From an uncultured delta proteobacterium (lineage in GTDB: Bacteria > Desulfobacterota > Binatia > HRBIN30 > BPIQ01), in contig CAVXGR010000012.1 in assembly GCA_963761335.1 (NCBI GenBank), positions 224,001 through 288,000 of the forward strand: 64,000 nucleotides of DNA, given 5' to 3'. Every line of letters starts with the position of its first letter. The first letter of the stretch is position 1. Position numbers and translations under genes: made by a program. The notes under the pieces were generated by a model. The model saw only the letters and a program-made list of their open reading frames with translations. It was not told the DNA's origin and ran no database searches. This document shows, piece after piece, positions 36,244-45,929 of the stretch.

Positions 36244-37550
36244 TTGGATAGACTGTCCTCGATGCGGATGACCGAGGGCTTCTGCCGAACTCCGGCGAGC
36301 TTTGCAATCGCCGCCAAGGCCCGCCGCAGGTCGCGCTCGCGCGCCTCGTGGGTGCGAATCACCACCGGCACCGTCGAGCGCTCGCGGCCCTTCTGGATCA
36401 CCGAGGCGATCGAGATGTGGTTGCGGCCGAGAATGCCGGCGATCTGCGCCAGCACCCCGGGCCGATCGAGCACCTGAAAGCGCAGGTAGTACTCCGACAC
36501 CAGATCCGCCAGCGGCTTCACCCGCCGGCGCGGGATCGACGAGAGAGGTAGCCCCAGCGGAGCGACGCGGCCGCGCGTGCCGCCGATCAGGTTGCGCGCC
36601 ACCTCCATGAGGTCGGCGACCACCGCTGTCGCCGTCGGCATCATTCCCGCCCCCTGGCCGACGTACATGCTCGGGCCGAGCGCCTCGCCGTCGACGACGA
36701 TGGCGTTGAAGGGCCCACTGACGTCGGCGAGCACGTGGGTGCGCGGCACCATGGTCGGATGGACGCGCGCCTCGACCGTATCGCCGTCGGTCTTGGCGAT
36801 CGAGAGGAGCTTGATCACGTAGCCGAACTGCCGCGCGAAATCGATGTCGATGGCGCCGACCTCGCGGATCCCCTCGACCGGCACCTGGGCGAAGGGCACG
36901 CGCACGCCGAAGGCCAGCTGCACGAGGAGCGTCAGCTTGTGGGCCGCATCGATGCCGTCGATGTCGAAGGACGGGTCGGCCTCGGCCAGACCGTCCGCCT
37001 GCGCCTGGTGCAGCACCTCGGCGAACTCGCCGCCCTCCGCCGTCATCGTGCTCAGGATGTAGTTGCAGGTGCCGTTGACGATGCCGTACACGGCGCGGTT
37101 GCGGTCGCCGCAGAGGCTCTCCTTGAGAGCGCGAATGATGGGGATGCCGCCGCCGACACCCGCCTCGAAGCCGAGATCGACGCCGGCGCGCTCGGCGGCG
37201 CCGAAGATCTCGTCGCCGTGCACGGCGAGCAGCGCCTTGTTGGCGGTGACCACCGCCTTGCCGGCGGCAATGGCCTCGAGCACGAGGCGGCGGGCAATGC
37301 CGTAGCCGCCCACCAGCTCGACGACGACGTCGACGTCGGGGGAGCGGATCAGGGCCGCGGCGTCGTCGGTGAGGATGCGGCGATCCACACGCACGCCGCG
37401 GTCGGTCTTCAGATCGATGTCGGCGATGCGCGCCAGCGTCAGCGGCACCCCCAGCCGCTCGCGGATCTGGGCCCGGTTCCGCTGCAGCAGCTTCACCACC
37501 CCGGTACCGATCGTGCCCCAGCCGATCAGCCCAACACGAACCTCTCGCAC
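36240..37550 (-). CDS. hom: Homoserine dehydrogenase with C-terminal ACT domain
   Basis: GWGTIG, VVTANK, GGGIP, GIVNGTCNYIL, EADP..DIDGIDAAHK, DRPGVL. Confidence 0.97.
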   Translation of the reverse strand: MREVRVGLIGWGTIGTGVVKLLQRNRAQIRERLGVPLTLARIADIDLKTDRGVRVDRRILTDDAAALIRSPDVDVVVELVGGYGIARRLVLEAIAAGKAVVTANKALLAVHGDEIFGAAERAGVDLGFEAGVGGGIPIIRALKESLCGDRNRAVYGIVNGTCNYILSTMTAEGGEFAEVLHQAQADGLAEADPSFDIDGIDAAHKLTLLVQLAFGVRVPFAQVPVEGIREVGAIDIDFARQFGYVIKLLSIAKTDGDTVEARVHPTMVPRTHVLADVSGPFNAIVVDGEALGPSMYVGQGAGMMPTATAVVADLMEVARNLIGGTRGRVAPLGLPLSSIPRRRVKPLADLVSEYYLRFQVLDRPGVLAQIAGILGRNHISIASVIQKGRERSTVPVVIRTHEARERDLRRALAAIAKLAGVRQKPSVIRIEDSLSK

Positions 37551-37682
37551 CAGTCCTCTTCCTTCAACCCGCGGGCGTCGTCGACAGCTCAGCGCTCCAT
37601 GAGAAAATGGCCGGCTCGCATCGAGAAAACCGGCCATGCAGCCCGCGAGAATAGTCGATTTGGAATATCCGCGCAAATAATA

Positions 37683-37827
37683 TGGACCGGTGGATCGGTG
37701 GATCGGTTGTCGAGTTGACGGGTTGTCGAGTTGTGGGGCCGGGGGGTGCCGTTGCCATTGAACTCGCAAACCCGAGAACCCAACAACCGAGCTACCGAGC
37801 CACCCAGCCACCGATCCACCGAGCCAC
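37683..37827. repeat. Two inverted arrays of degenerate 8-nt repeats
   Basis: Left tggaccgg tggatcgg tggatcgg ttgtcgag...; the right array reverse-complements to tggctcgg tggatcgg tggctggg tggctcgg... Confidence 0.7.
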
Positions 37828-37905
37828 GTCCCTATCGCTCAGGTTGACTTCCGCCCGAATAGGGTTGTACAGCGCTTTCTCGCCGCACTACCCGAGGAGA
37901 GACGA

Positions 37906-38070
37906 ATGATCCAAGTGTGCAATCCGCGCCTGCGCCGGGGGCTTGTCCTCGCGCGCGTACTGTTGCTTCTTTCCGTCATTGCCGTCGGCTTGGCCGCCTG
38001 CGGCGGCGAGGCGGGCCTCTACATCACCACCCAGCCGACGCCAACGCCGACTCCCCTATCCCAGGGCTGA
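37906..38070 (+). CDS. Small lipoprotein (54 aa)
   Basis: GAGGAG RBS; MIQVCNPRLRRGLVLARVLLLLSVIAVGLAA|CGGEAGLYITTQPTPTPTPLSQG; lipobox LAAC. Confidence 0.7.
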   Translation: MIQVCNPRLRRGLVLARVLLLLSVIAVGLAACGGEAGLYITTQPTPTPTPLSQG

Positions 38071-38072
38071 CC

Positions 38073-40508
38073 TCACCCGGTCTTTGCCAGCTCCAGGCGT
38101 CCGGCCCAGCGGTGTATGAGCACGGCCCGCAGCGCCGTCGACTGGGGTCCACTCAGCTCCGGGTCGCGCGCCAGCCAGTCGGCAGCGGCCCGCCGCGCTT
38201 CCTCGAGGGTATGGCTGTCGCGGATCAGGTTGGCGACCCGGAAATCGGGAAGACCGGCCTGTCGGGTGCCGAGGAAGTCCCCTGGGCCGCGCATCTCCAG
38301 GTCCATCTCCGCGATCTTGAAGCCGTCGGTGCTCCTCACCATGGCCTCGAGTCGCTGCCGGGCGCTGTCGCCCTTGGCATAGGACGCCACCAGCACGCAG
38401 CGCGACGGCTCCCGCCCGCGGCCGACGCGGCCGCGGAGCTGGTGCAGCTGCGCCAGGCCGAAGCGCTCGGCGTGCTCGATCACCATGATGGTGGCGTTGG
38501 CGACGTCGATGCCGACCTCCACGACCGTGGTGCTCACCAGCAGCTGCAGGTCGCCTTCTTTGAAGCGGCGCATCACCGCCTCCTTCTCGTCGGCCTTCAT
38601 CCGGCCGTGCACCAGGCCGACGCGATAGCCGGGAAAGACGGTGCGCGCCAGCTCGCGCGCCATGGTGGTGGCGTCGCGTAGGCTCGGGTCGTCGGACTCC
38701 TCCACCAGCGGGTAGACGACGTATCCCTGGCGGCCGCGGTCGAGCTCCTCGCGGACCAGGTCGTACACCTGTTGGCGCCGATTCTCGTGGTACACCGCCG
38801 TGCGAATCGGCGCCCGCCCCGGCGGCAGCTGGTCCAGAAACGACAGGTCGAGATCGGCGTAGAGGGTCAGCGCCAGGGTTCGCGGGATCGGCGTGGCGGT
38901 CATCAGCAGGATGTCGGGCCGGCCGAGCTGGCGCAGCGCCGCCCGCTGCAGGACCCCGAAGCGGTGCTGCTCGTCGATGACGCCGAGGCCCAGGGACTGG
39001 AAGCGGATACCCTCCTGGATGAGCGCCTGCGTGCCCACCACCAGCGGCAGAGAGCCGTCGCGCAGCCCGGCGACCGCCGCCGCGCGCTCCGCCTTGGGCG
39101 TCTGGCTGGTGAGCAGCCCGGTGACGACGCCGAGCGGCCGCGCCAGGGGCGCGAGGGTGTGGAAGTGCTGCTCGGCGAGCAGCTCCGTGGGCGCCATGAA
39201 GGCGACCTGGTGGCCGTTCTCGATCGCCGCCAGCGCTGCGAACAGCGCCACGATGGTCTTGCCGCTGCCAACGTCGCCCTGCACCAGCCGGTGCATCGGC
39301 TCGGGGCCGGCCATGTCGGCGAGGATCTCACCGATGACCCGCTCCTGTGCCCCGGTGAGCTGGAACGGCAGCGCCTGCCGCAGCGGCGCGATCAGGCGCC
39401 CGTCCGAGGGAGAGGCGAGCCCCTCCTCGGCGGCGTTGGCCTTCCTCCGCAGCATGAGGCCGAGCTGCAGGAAGAACAGCTCGTCGAAGACCAGCGAGCG
39501 ATGCGCCGCAGAGGCGAAGCGATTGAGCGCCTCGACTTCCTGCTCGGCGCCCGGCAGGTGGACCTGGCGCATGGCCGCCGTCAGGTCGAGCAGGTCGCGG
39601 CCGTCGACGATCTCCTCCGGCAACACGCTCGGCAGGCGGTCCACCCAGTCGGCCACCGCCTGCTGGGCGAGCTTGCGCATCGCCGCGACATGCAACGCCG
39701 TCGGCTTGTTGTACACCGGCACGATGCCGCGGACCTCTGCCTCGCCCAGCGGATCCATCTCCGGGTGCACCATGCGCCGCCCGGTCGGGCTGATCTCGAC
39801 CTTGCCGTGGACGACGTACTGCGCCCCGGTCTTGTAGCGCGCCGCGAAGTAGGCGGTCTGGTGATACCAGGTCAGCGGCAGCAGGCCGCCGGACTCGTCG
39901 CGCACGGCGCCCTCGAGCAGGCGCCTGCGGCTGCGTCCGGCGTAGCGCTCCGCGAGATGCACCAGGGTGCCGCAGACGGTGGCCTCGGCGCCGACGCGCA
40001 GCTCGGAGATGCGGCTGATGGCGCGGCGGTCCTCGTAGCGAAACGGCAGATGGTAGAGGATGTCCTCGACCCGCTGAATGCCGAACTTGCGAAACAGCTC
40101 GGCGCGTCGGGGGCCGACGCCCTTGACGAACTGCGCCGGCTGCGCCAGCGCCTCGAGCATCGGCTCCACCGCCGTCTCCGTGCGCCGGTAGACGGCCGGC
40201 GGCGCACACATCCCGGAGCGGATGCTCTCGACGATCTGCCGACAGCGCTGCGCCCGCGACAGTCGCTCTCCGGCGGCGGCGCTGCCGAGAGCCCGAAGCT
40301 CGTGCTGCAGCACCTCGAACTTCTGTTGCAGCGGCCGCGGCAGCGCCACGCTCAGCCGCCGGGCGCGCTCGACCAGCGCCTCGACCGGCAGGTGCGCCCT
40401 CCCCGCCGCCGCAACGTTGGCGTTCGCCAGGAAATCCAGCGGCCGACTCACGGCCGTCAGAAACGAATCGATGTGCGGGTTCATCCGGAGCGCCGCGCCA
40501 GGATACAT
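38073..40508 (-). CDS. recG: ATP-dependent DNA helicase RecG
   Basis: QGDVGSGKT, DEQHRFGV, TATPIPR, QLHQLRGRVGRG, RGPGD; start may be 40484. Confidence 0.97.
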   Translation of the reverse strand: MYPGAALRMNPHIDSFLTAVSRPLDFLANANVAAAGRAHLPVEALVERARRLSVALPRPLQQKFEVLQHELRALGSAAAGERLSRAQRCRQIVESIRSGMCAPPAVYRRTETAVEPMLEALAQPAQFVKGVGPRRAELFRKFGIQRVEDILYHLPFRYEDRRAISRISELRVGAEATVCGTLVHLAERYAGRSRRRLLEGAVRDESGGLLPLTWYHQTAYFAARYKTGAQYVVHGKVEISPTGRRMVHPEMDPLGEAEVRGIVPVYNKPTALHVAAMRKLAQQAVADWVDRLPSVLPEEIVDGRDLLDLTAAMRQVHLPGAEQEVEALNRFASAAHRSLVFDELFFLQLGLMLRRKANAAEEGLASPSDGRLIAPLRQALPFQLTGAQERVIGEILADMAGPEPMHRLVQGDVGSGKTIVALFAALAAIENGHQVAFMAPTELLAEQHFHTLAPLARPLGVVTGLLTSQTPKAERAAAVAGLRDGSLPLVVGTQALIQEGIRFQSLGLGVIDEQHRFGVLQRAALRQLGRPDILLMTATPIPRTLALTLYADLDLSFLDQLPPGRAPIRTAVYHENRRQQVYDLVREELDRGRQGYVVYPLVEESDDPSLRDATTMARELARTVFPGYRVGLVHGRMKADEKEAVMRRFKEGDLQLLVSTTVVEVGIDVANATIMVIEHAERFGLAQLHQLRGRVGRGREPSRCVLVASYAKGDSARQRLEAMVRSTDGFKIAEMDLEMRGPGDFLGTRQAGLPDFRVANLIRDSHTLEEARRAAADWLARDPELSGPQSTALRAVLIHRWAGRLELAKTG

Positions 40509-40717
40509 CGGTCGGTGCGCCAGGGAAACTCACCCTGGTGGCTCGGTGGCCCGGTGACTCGGTGGCTTTGCGTCTTCGCGCCTTTGCGTTCTGAATCACT
40601 CTCAACGGCGGCCGCTCCGTGTCGGGGTATCCCATCGGCGTTTGCCGCTGGTGCGAATTTCGGCAATTGATGCCCCCCGCGCCTGGTGCCGGGAGCTCTC
40701 GGGCAGCGTGGAGGACC

Positions 40718-41425
40718 ATGACCACAGAATACAAAACCCTCGACAGCATCGCCCCGAATCTCTGGGTCGCGCGCCGGCCGCTCAAGCTGGCCGTCGGCGA
40801 CATCGGCACGCGCATGACGGTGATTCGCCTCGTTGACGGAAGCCTCTTCCTGCACTCGCCGGTTCGCCTCGACGAGGCGACGCGCGCCGCCGTGGACGAG
40901 CTGGGACCGGTCCGTCACCTGATCGCTCCCAGCAAGGTCCATCACCTCTTCGCCGGCGATTTCAAAGCGGCCTACCCGGACGCCCTGCTGTACGGTCCTC
41001 CCGGTCTCGCCGAGAAGCGGCGCCACCTGCACATCGACAGCGTCCTCGGCGACGAAGCTCCCGAGGCCTGGCGCGCCGAGATCGAGCAGCATCTCTTCCG
41101 CGGCGCGCCGAGGATGAACGAGGTCGTCTTCTTCCATCGCGCCAGCCGCACGCTGCTGCTGACCGATCTCGCCTTCAACGTCCCTGCCGGCCGTACCGAG
41201 GGCGCCCGCCTCTTCTACTGGATCGTCGGCGCCGCCGGCCACTTCGGCCCGCATCGCCTGGTGCGCTTGGTCATCCGCGATCGCGCCGCCGCCAGAGCGT
41301 CCCTCGAGCGCATCCTCGCCTGGGACTTCGACCGCGTCATCGTGACCCACGGCGAGATCCTCGAAACGGGAGGCAAGGAGCGGCTGCGACAGGGCTTCGC
41401 TTTCCTGGGCGCCTTCGCTCTTTGA
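40718..41425 (+). CDS. DUF4336 family protein
   Basis: GTRMTVIRL.DGSL.LHSP, LIAPSKVHH, EVVFFHRASRTLLLTD, WDFDRVIVTHG. Confidence 0.88.
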   Translation: MTTEYKTLDSIAPNLWVARRPLKLAVGDIGTRMTVIRLVDGSLFLHSPVRLDEATRAAVDELGPVRHLIAPSKVHHLFAGDFKAAYPDALLYGPPGLAEKRRHLHIDSVLGDEAPEAWRAEIEQHLFRGAPRMNEVVFFHRASRTLLLTDLAFNVPAGRTEGARLFYWIVGAAGHFGPHRLVRLVIRDRAAARASLERILAWDFDRVIVTHGEILETGGKERLRQGFAFLGAFAL

Positions 41426-41439
41426 GAGATACTCGCGGC

Positions 41440-41600
41440 CCGGTGCCGAGCAGTCTGGAAGCAGGGCTTGCCCAGCCGCAGGTTGCGCAGCTGCGGCACC
41501 TTGAACTTGCCAAGGTCCTCGAGCCTGCCGGTGATCAGGGCCAGGCCGGGGTTGCCGGAGATGGCCAGGCTGGCCAAGGATGGGTGCTTGCCCGAAGGAG
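41440..41600 (-). pseudogene. Fragment of a di-heme cytochrome c peroxidase/MauG-family gene
   Basis: GNPGLALITGRLEDLGKFKVPQLRNL matches the DxGR...D.GKFK.P.LRN motif; no start and no heme motifs. Confidence 0.6.
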
Positions 41601-41644
41601 TGGGGTAACAGTCCCGGGGGGCGATCCGCCGTTGCTTCGGCCGC

Positions 41645-42847
41645 TCACGCAAAGGTGAGCATGCGGTCGACGACGGCGTCGCGCCCGGCCATCGTGCGCA
41701 GCTCCCAGCGCCGCGCCTCCGCCAGTCGTTCGGCGTGCTCGCCCTCGCTCTGCTGCAGCCGCGCCAAGGCGCTGCACACCCTCGCTTCATCGAAGTCGCC
41801 ACGCGCCGCATCCGCCAACGGCACCGCCAGTCGGAGCTCCTCACAGCGTCTTGCCAGCGCCGGCTGATCGCCAAAGAACGGGTAGGAGATCATCGGCACC
41901 TGCTGGAAGATCGCTTCGTGCGTCGAGTTGATGCCGTGATGGGTCACGAAGACATCCGCGTCCCGCAGCGCCGCCCACTGGTCCACCTCGGCGGCGACGA
42001 CGACGTTGTCTCGGGCGATCTCGTCCCGTACCGCGGCCTCGAGCGGATGTCCGCCGAGCGATATGACGACGTCTACGTCCATGTCCGCCCAGGCGCGCGC
42101 CATCACCCGCAACGCGGCGACGGCCGTGCGTTCGAAGTACCACCAGATGACCGTACCGAAGGACACATAGACGCGGCGGCCGCGTCGCCGCTGCGGGAAG
42201 ACGGCAGCGGCGTCTGCCTCACGCAGCTCGGGGGCGAGACAGCCGAAGAACGCCAGTGGCTCCAAGGCGGCGCGATCGTCCGCGGCGAGAAACTCGGGCG
42301 GCTCGCCGTAGAGATTCAGAAACGGGCTCAACGTGTCGACGTACGAGAACGGCGTTGCCTCCGCCATGCCATACAGGTGGCGCAGCCGCTGCACGGCGTT
42401 CCAACACTCCGCCGAGGTGGCCACGCGCGGGTCGCGGCGTAGCGCCGTGATGGCGCGCGCCGGCACGAGGGCGTGGCTCGGAGAGACGTTGACGTACGGC
42501 ACTCCGAGAATCTTCGCGACCACGGGCGCGGCAACCATGAAGGTGTCGTAGAGGATGAGCGCCGGGTCGAGCGCCGCGACGTCGGCTGCCAGCGCCTCGG
42601 CGTGCACGCCGGCGAAGGTGACATAGCGGCTCGGCACCGGCCGCGACGTCGCGTCGACCGCCTCCAGAGGATAGCGCCCGAAGAGATCGACGAAGTGCCC
42701 GCCGGCCTGCTCGACGAGGTTGCGGAAGTCCTCGTGGGTCAGCACGTGAACCGTCCACCCGCGCCGGCGCAGGGCCGCGACCACCGGCAGCACGACCCGC
42801 AGGTGCCCGGTGCCGCGCACGCAGAGAACGACGATCGAACGACTCAT
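41645..42847 (-). CDS. GT1/MGT-family (UDP) glycosyltransferase
   Basis: GTGHL, VYVSFGT, VDQWAAL..ADVFVTHHGINSTHEA, PFFGDQP. Confidence 0.9.
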   Translation of the reverse strand: MSRSIVVLCVRGTGHLRVVLPVVAALRRRGWTVHVLTHEDFRNLVEQAGGHFVDLFGRYPLEAVDATSRPVPSRYVTFAGVHAEALAADVAALDPALILYDTFMVAAPVVAKILGVPYVNVSPSHALVPARAITALRRDPRVATSAECWNAVQRLRHLYGMAEATPFSYVDTLSPFLNLYGEPPEFLAADDRAALEPLAFFGCLAPELREADAAAVFPQRRRGRRVYVSFGTVIWWYFERTAVAALRVMARAWADMDVDVVISLGGHPLEAAVRDEIARDNVVVAAEVDQWAALRDADVFVTHHGINSTHEAIFQQVPMISYPFFGDQPALARRCEELRLAVPLADAARGDFDEARVCSALARLQQSEGEHAERLAEARRWELRTMAGRDAVVDRMLTFA

Positions 42848-43710
42848 TGCTCCGAGCGGTGCTCACCTTCCGCCGCGGCGACACATTGGTGCAGTCGCGC
42901 CAGCTGTGCGTCGAGCCGCGAAGGCATTCGCTGGAAGAAGATCCGCACCAGGGTCAGGCCGGCGGCGATCTTCCAGTAGGCCAGCGCCTCGGGAGCGGCG
43001 GGTGCCGCCGAGCGATAACCGGCCATGAAGCGCCCCCACGCCTCCGCCGACATCGGCCATCGGTGCCAGGTCCAGGCGAGATCCAGGCCGATCGGGCCTA
43101 TCCCGAGAATCTCCGTGTCGATGATCCGCAGCCGGCCGGCGGGGTCGATCAACATGTTCTCCGCGCAGAAGTCCCGGTGGATCAAGGCGACCCGCACGCG
43201 GCCGGGATCGTGGCGTCGGAGCGCGGCGCAGAGCGCCTCGCCGCCGGCGGCGGAGAGCACGCCGGCGCGGCGCAACAGGTCGACGTCGGTCGCGGCGACC
43301 CGATTCCAGCGCGTCGTTTCATCCTCCGCGGAACCGTCCACTTCGAGCCGATGCCCGTGCAGGCGTCCGAGAATCGCGCCGGCCGCCTGCGCCCACTGCT
43401 CCGCTTCGGTTTCGGGGAGCATCTCGCCCTCGAGCCACGACTCGAGCAGCACCGGTCCGAAGCACCCGAGGACGGGGGCAAAGGAGTCCTCGATCCCGCG
43501 GCGCAGGACGTGCACGCGCTGCGCCGCGGCCGCGGTGCCGAAATGCCTCGCCTTGACGATGCGTCCGTCATCCGACTCCACGCGATAGGCGTAACGCATC
43601 CCCTTGCGCTCTCCGAACGTGGAGACGAGCACGAGGTGACGGGGCCGAAAGCCGCCGCAGGCCACGGCCTCGCGGATCTCCGCCTCCAGCGCGCTCAGAT
43701 CCGCGGCCAT
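42844..43710 (-). CDS. Aminoglycoside-phosphotransferase (APH)-like kinase
   Basis: IVKAR, ESWLEG, LGRLHG, LIHRDFCAENML, IIDTE; start MAADL overlaps the upstream stop. Confidence 0.85.
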   Translation of the reverse strand: MAADLSALEAEIREAVACGGFRPRHLVLVSTFGERKGMRYAYRVESDDGRIVKARHFGTAAAAQRVHVLRRGIEDSFAPVLGCFGPVLLESWLEGEMLPETEAEQWAQAAGAILGRLHGHRLEVDGSAEDETTRWNRVAATDVDLLRRAGVLSAAGGEALCAALRRHDPGRVRVALIHRDFCAENMLIDPAGRLRIIDTEILGIGPIGLDLAWTWHRWPMSAEAWGRFMAGYRSAAPAAPEALAYWKIAAGLTLVRIFFQRMPSRLDAQLARLHQCVAAAEGEHRSEQ

Positions 43711-44855
43711 CAGCACCTGAGCAGCGACAACAGGCGCTCGCCCAGCGCCGTGCCATAGGCGTCGCGTCCCAGCCGGAGCCGATAGCCGCTGGCGGCGGTC
43801 GCGATCGAAGCGAGCAGGCGATCCGGTGGATGGCACTGCCCGCCGCCGAGCTCTTCGAAAATCGTCGCCGGGCGCTCGCCAGTGGCGGCGCCGTAGAGGT
43901 TGGCGCGGACCCCGGCAACCACCTCTTCGCTTGTCAGAGGCTCGAGCGCCCACTCCGCCTCGTCGCCGCAGACCTGCGGGAAAACGATCGTGCCGAGCGC
44001 TGCCTCGGCGCGGGTGCCGGCGCCGAGGCGCCGCGCCAGCTGATTGGGCGTCAGCGCAAAATCGACCGCATCGGGCGACTCCTCGCTCGGCCCTGCCGTC
44101 TCCAGCTCCGCCAGAGTGTACAGGTAGGGGCGCGCCACGCGCGGCATGGCGCTGCGGAGCTCCGGAAAGCGAGCGAGTGTCGGCGGCCAGATCTTGATCG
44201 CGGTCGGCATACCCGCAATCGCCAGAGCCGCGCCGCCGCCGGCAAAGCTGCGATCGTTGGCGATCAATCGGCACCGATGCGAGCGCATCAGATAGAGGGC
44301 CACGGTCGTCTTGCCGGCGCCCTTCGGGCCGGCGATCAGCAGCGCCCGGCCGCCGCTCTCGACAGCGGCGGCGTGGAGATCGACGTGGGTGCGCCGCAGT
44401 CGAGTGGCGGCGATCTCCTGGAGGATCCAGAGCAGCGTGAAGCGCCAGCGGCGGGTGCTCGGATCGGCGATCAGGTCGACCTGCCCGGGACGGAGGCGCA
44501 GAAAGCACGAACGCTCGGCGTCGCAGAGGCTCACCGCGTCGCCCGACGGCCACGCCGGCATCGACATCACCTCTTGGTCGTGCGCAAAGCAGGGCCGCAG
44601 CCCTGCTCCTGCGGGCCGGCGGCGCTGCATCTCGGCGTAGGCGGGCGTCGTGCTGGTGACCGCAACCGACCACTCGGGGGTGCGCCGCGTCGGCAGGAAC
44701 CACGGGTCGAAGTGCTCGACCGCGAAGTCGATCAACGCCGCATCGTCGCAGAGCAGCGCGGTGCTGACGCCCGCGCAGTCGAGAACCAGTCGGATGGGCG
44801 CAGACGCAGAAGACTTGGGCTCGCTCTCGGCTGCCACGTTGCTCTGGCCTCGCAT
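43710..44855 (-). CDS. HPr kinase-related P-loop kinase
   Basis: LHAAAVE..GRALLIAGPKGAGKTT, LIANDR. Confidence 0.8.
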   Translation of the reverse strand: MRGQSNVAAESEPKSSASAPIRLVLDCAGVSTALLCDDAALIDFAVEHFDPWFLPTRRTPEWSVAVTSTTPAYAEMQRRRPAGAGLRPCFAHDQEVMSMPAWPSGDAVSLCDAERSCFLRLRPGQVDLIADPSTRRWRFTLLWILQEIAATRLRRTHVDLHAAAVESGGRALLIAGPKGAGKTTVALYLMRSHRCRLIANDRSFAGGGAALAIAGMPTAIKIWPPTLARFPELRSAMPRVARPYLYTLAELETAGPSEESPDAVDFALTPNQLARRLGAGTRAEAALGTIVFPQVCGDEAEWALEPLTSEEVVAGVRANLYGAATGERPATIFEELGGGQCHPPDRLLASIATAASGYRLRLGRDAYGTALGERLLSLLRC

Positions 44856-44962
44856 CCAGCGTGTTATGCGCTCTTCGGACCGGAATGGTCAATTGGGGCC
44901 CGCCGCAACCGCGCTGCCCCGGCCGGTAGTGCCTCAATTTCATCTCGGGTCGTTCGGCGTCA

Positions 44963-45103
44963 CCCTCTCCCGCATTGCCTGCGGGAGAGGGGCAGGGGTG
45001 AGGGTGCCGATCTTCTTTGAAGGTGCGTAGACAACGACGACCTTTCAGGGAACAGAAAGGGACCCCTCACCTGACCTCTCCCCGCGGAATTGCGGGGAGA
45101 GGG
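44963..45103. repeat. Inverted pair of CCCTCACC/CTCTCCC-type REP-like palindromes
   Basis: ccctctcccgca..tgcgggagagggg.caggggtgaggg (44963-45004) and ccctcacctgacctctccccgc..gcggggagaggg (45064-45103). Confidence 0.75.
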
Positions 45104-45210
45104 ACCTCGCGCCCGTGCGTCGGAATCAAACTGATACACTACCTGCCGGCCCATCTTGTTGACTGTCCCGCACGCTTCGAGGGATAGAGGCCGGATTGGG
45201 AGGCCCGTTC

Positions 45211-45594
45211 ATGAGCACCGAATCGAAAGCCACCGCGGAGCACATGCGCGACGTGTTGCAGCGGTACGTCGACCTGATGAGCGCCGGGGACTGCGACGGG
45301 ATCATGGCGCTGTACGCCGCCGATGCCGTTGTCGAGGATCCCGTCGGCTCCGAGCCGCGCCGCGGCCACGCCGCGATATCCGAGCTCTATCGCAGCGCCG
45401 CCGGCAAGGTTCGCCTCGAGCTGGATGGACGAGTGCGCGTCGCCGCCGGCAGCGCCGCCGCGCCGATGCTCGGTCGGCCCACGGGCATGGAGGGCATGGT
45501 CGTCGAGATCGTCGACGTGATGACCTTCAACGACGATGGCCTGATCACCTCGATGCGCGCCTACTGGAGCCCGGACACGATCCGTCCGGAGTGA
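45211..45594 (+). CDS. SnoaL/NTF2-like protein (ketosteroid isomerase-like)
   Basis: YV..M..GD...I.ALYA.DAVVEDPVGSEP..G..AI; VDVMTFNDDGLI.SMRAYW. Confidence 0.88.
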   Translation: MSTESKATAEHMRDVLQRYVDLMSAGDCDGIMALYAADAVVEDPVGSEPRRGHAAISELYRSAAGKVRLELDGRVRVAAGSAAAPMLGRPTGMEGMVVEIVDVMTFNDDGLITSMRAYWSPDTIRPE

Positions 45595-45643
45595 GGCGCG
45601 GGGCCGGCGGAAGACATCCGCATCAGGGACTGAGCCAGGGAGC

Positions 45644-45802
45644 ATGCGCGCCGCCGCCTTCTTCGACATCGACCACACCCTGATCTCGGCAGATTCAGGG
45701 GTGCTGTTCGTGCGCTATCTGGTGAACCGCGGTCTGATGACCTGGACCGAGCTGCTCGGGCCCGCCCGCCGGGGATGGACCGTCATCGACGTGGAGCACT
45801 GA
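45644..45802 (+). pseudogene. HAD-IB hydrolase with a large in-frame internal deletion
   Basis: MRAAAFFDIDHTLI (motif I DxDxT) joined directly to the typical C-terminus ARRGWTVIDVEH*; only 52 aa. Confidence 0.7.
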
Positions 45803-45929
45803 GGATTCGGCGGCGGAGCACGCTCACCTGCGAGGACGACAGCAAGGGCGTTGTCCTGGGCTGGCGAGTTATTGCCCCTTCGGGGCGAAGCTCCCTCCTC
45901 CCGTTACTCTTGTCTAACCGGCATTGGCG

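Noticed and set aside
37683..37827. CRISPR array
   Set aside because: The units are 8 nt, degenerate and lack spacers; no cas genes or repeat-spacer arrays were seen in the window.
42844..44943. 699-aa fusion ORF or RiPP precursor upstream of the APH domain
   Set aside because: The first ~410 codons are an Arg-rich alternate frame of the HprK-related gene; the APH gene starts at 43710.
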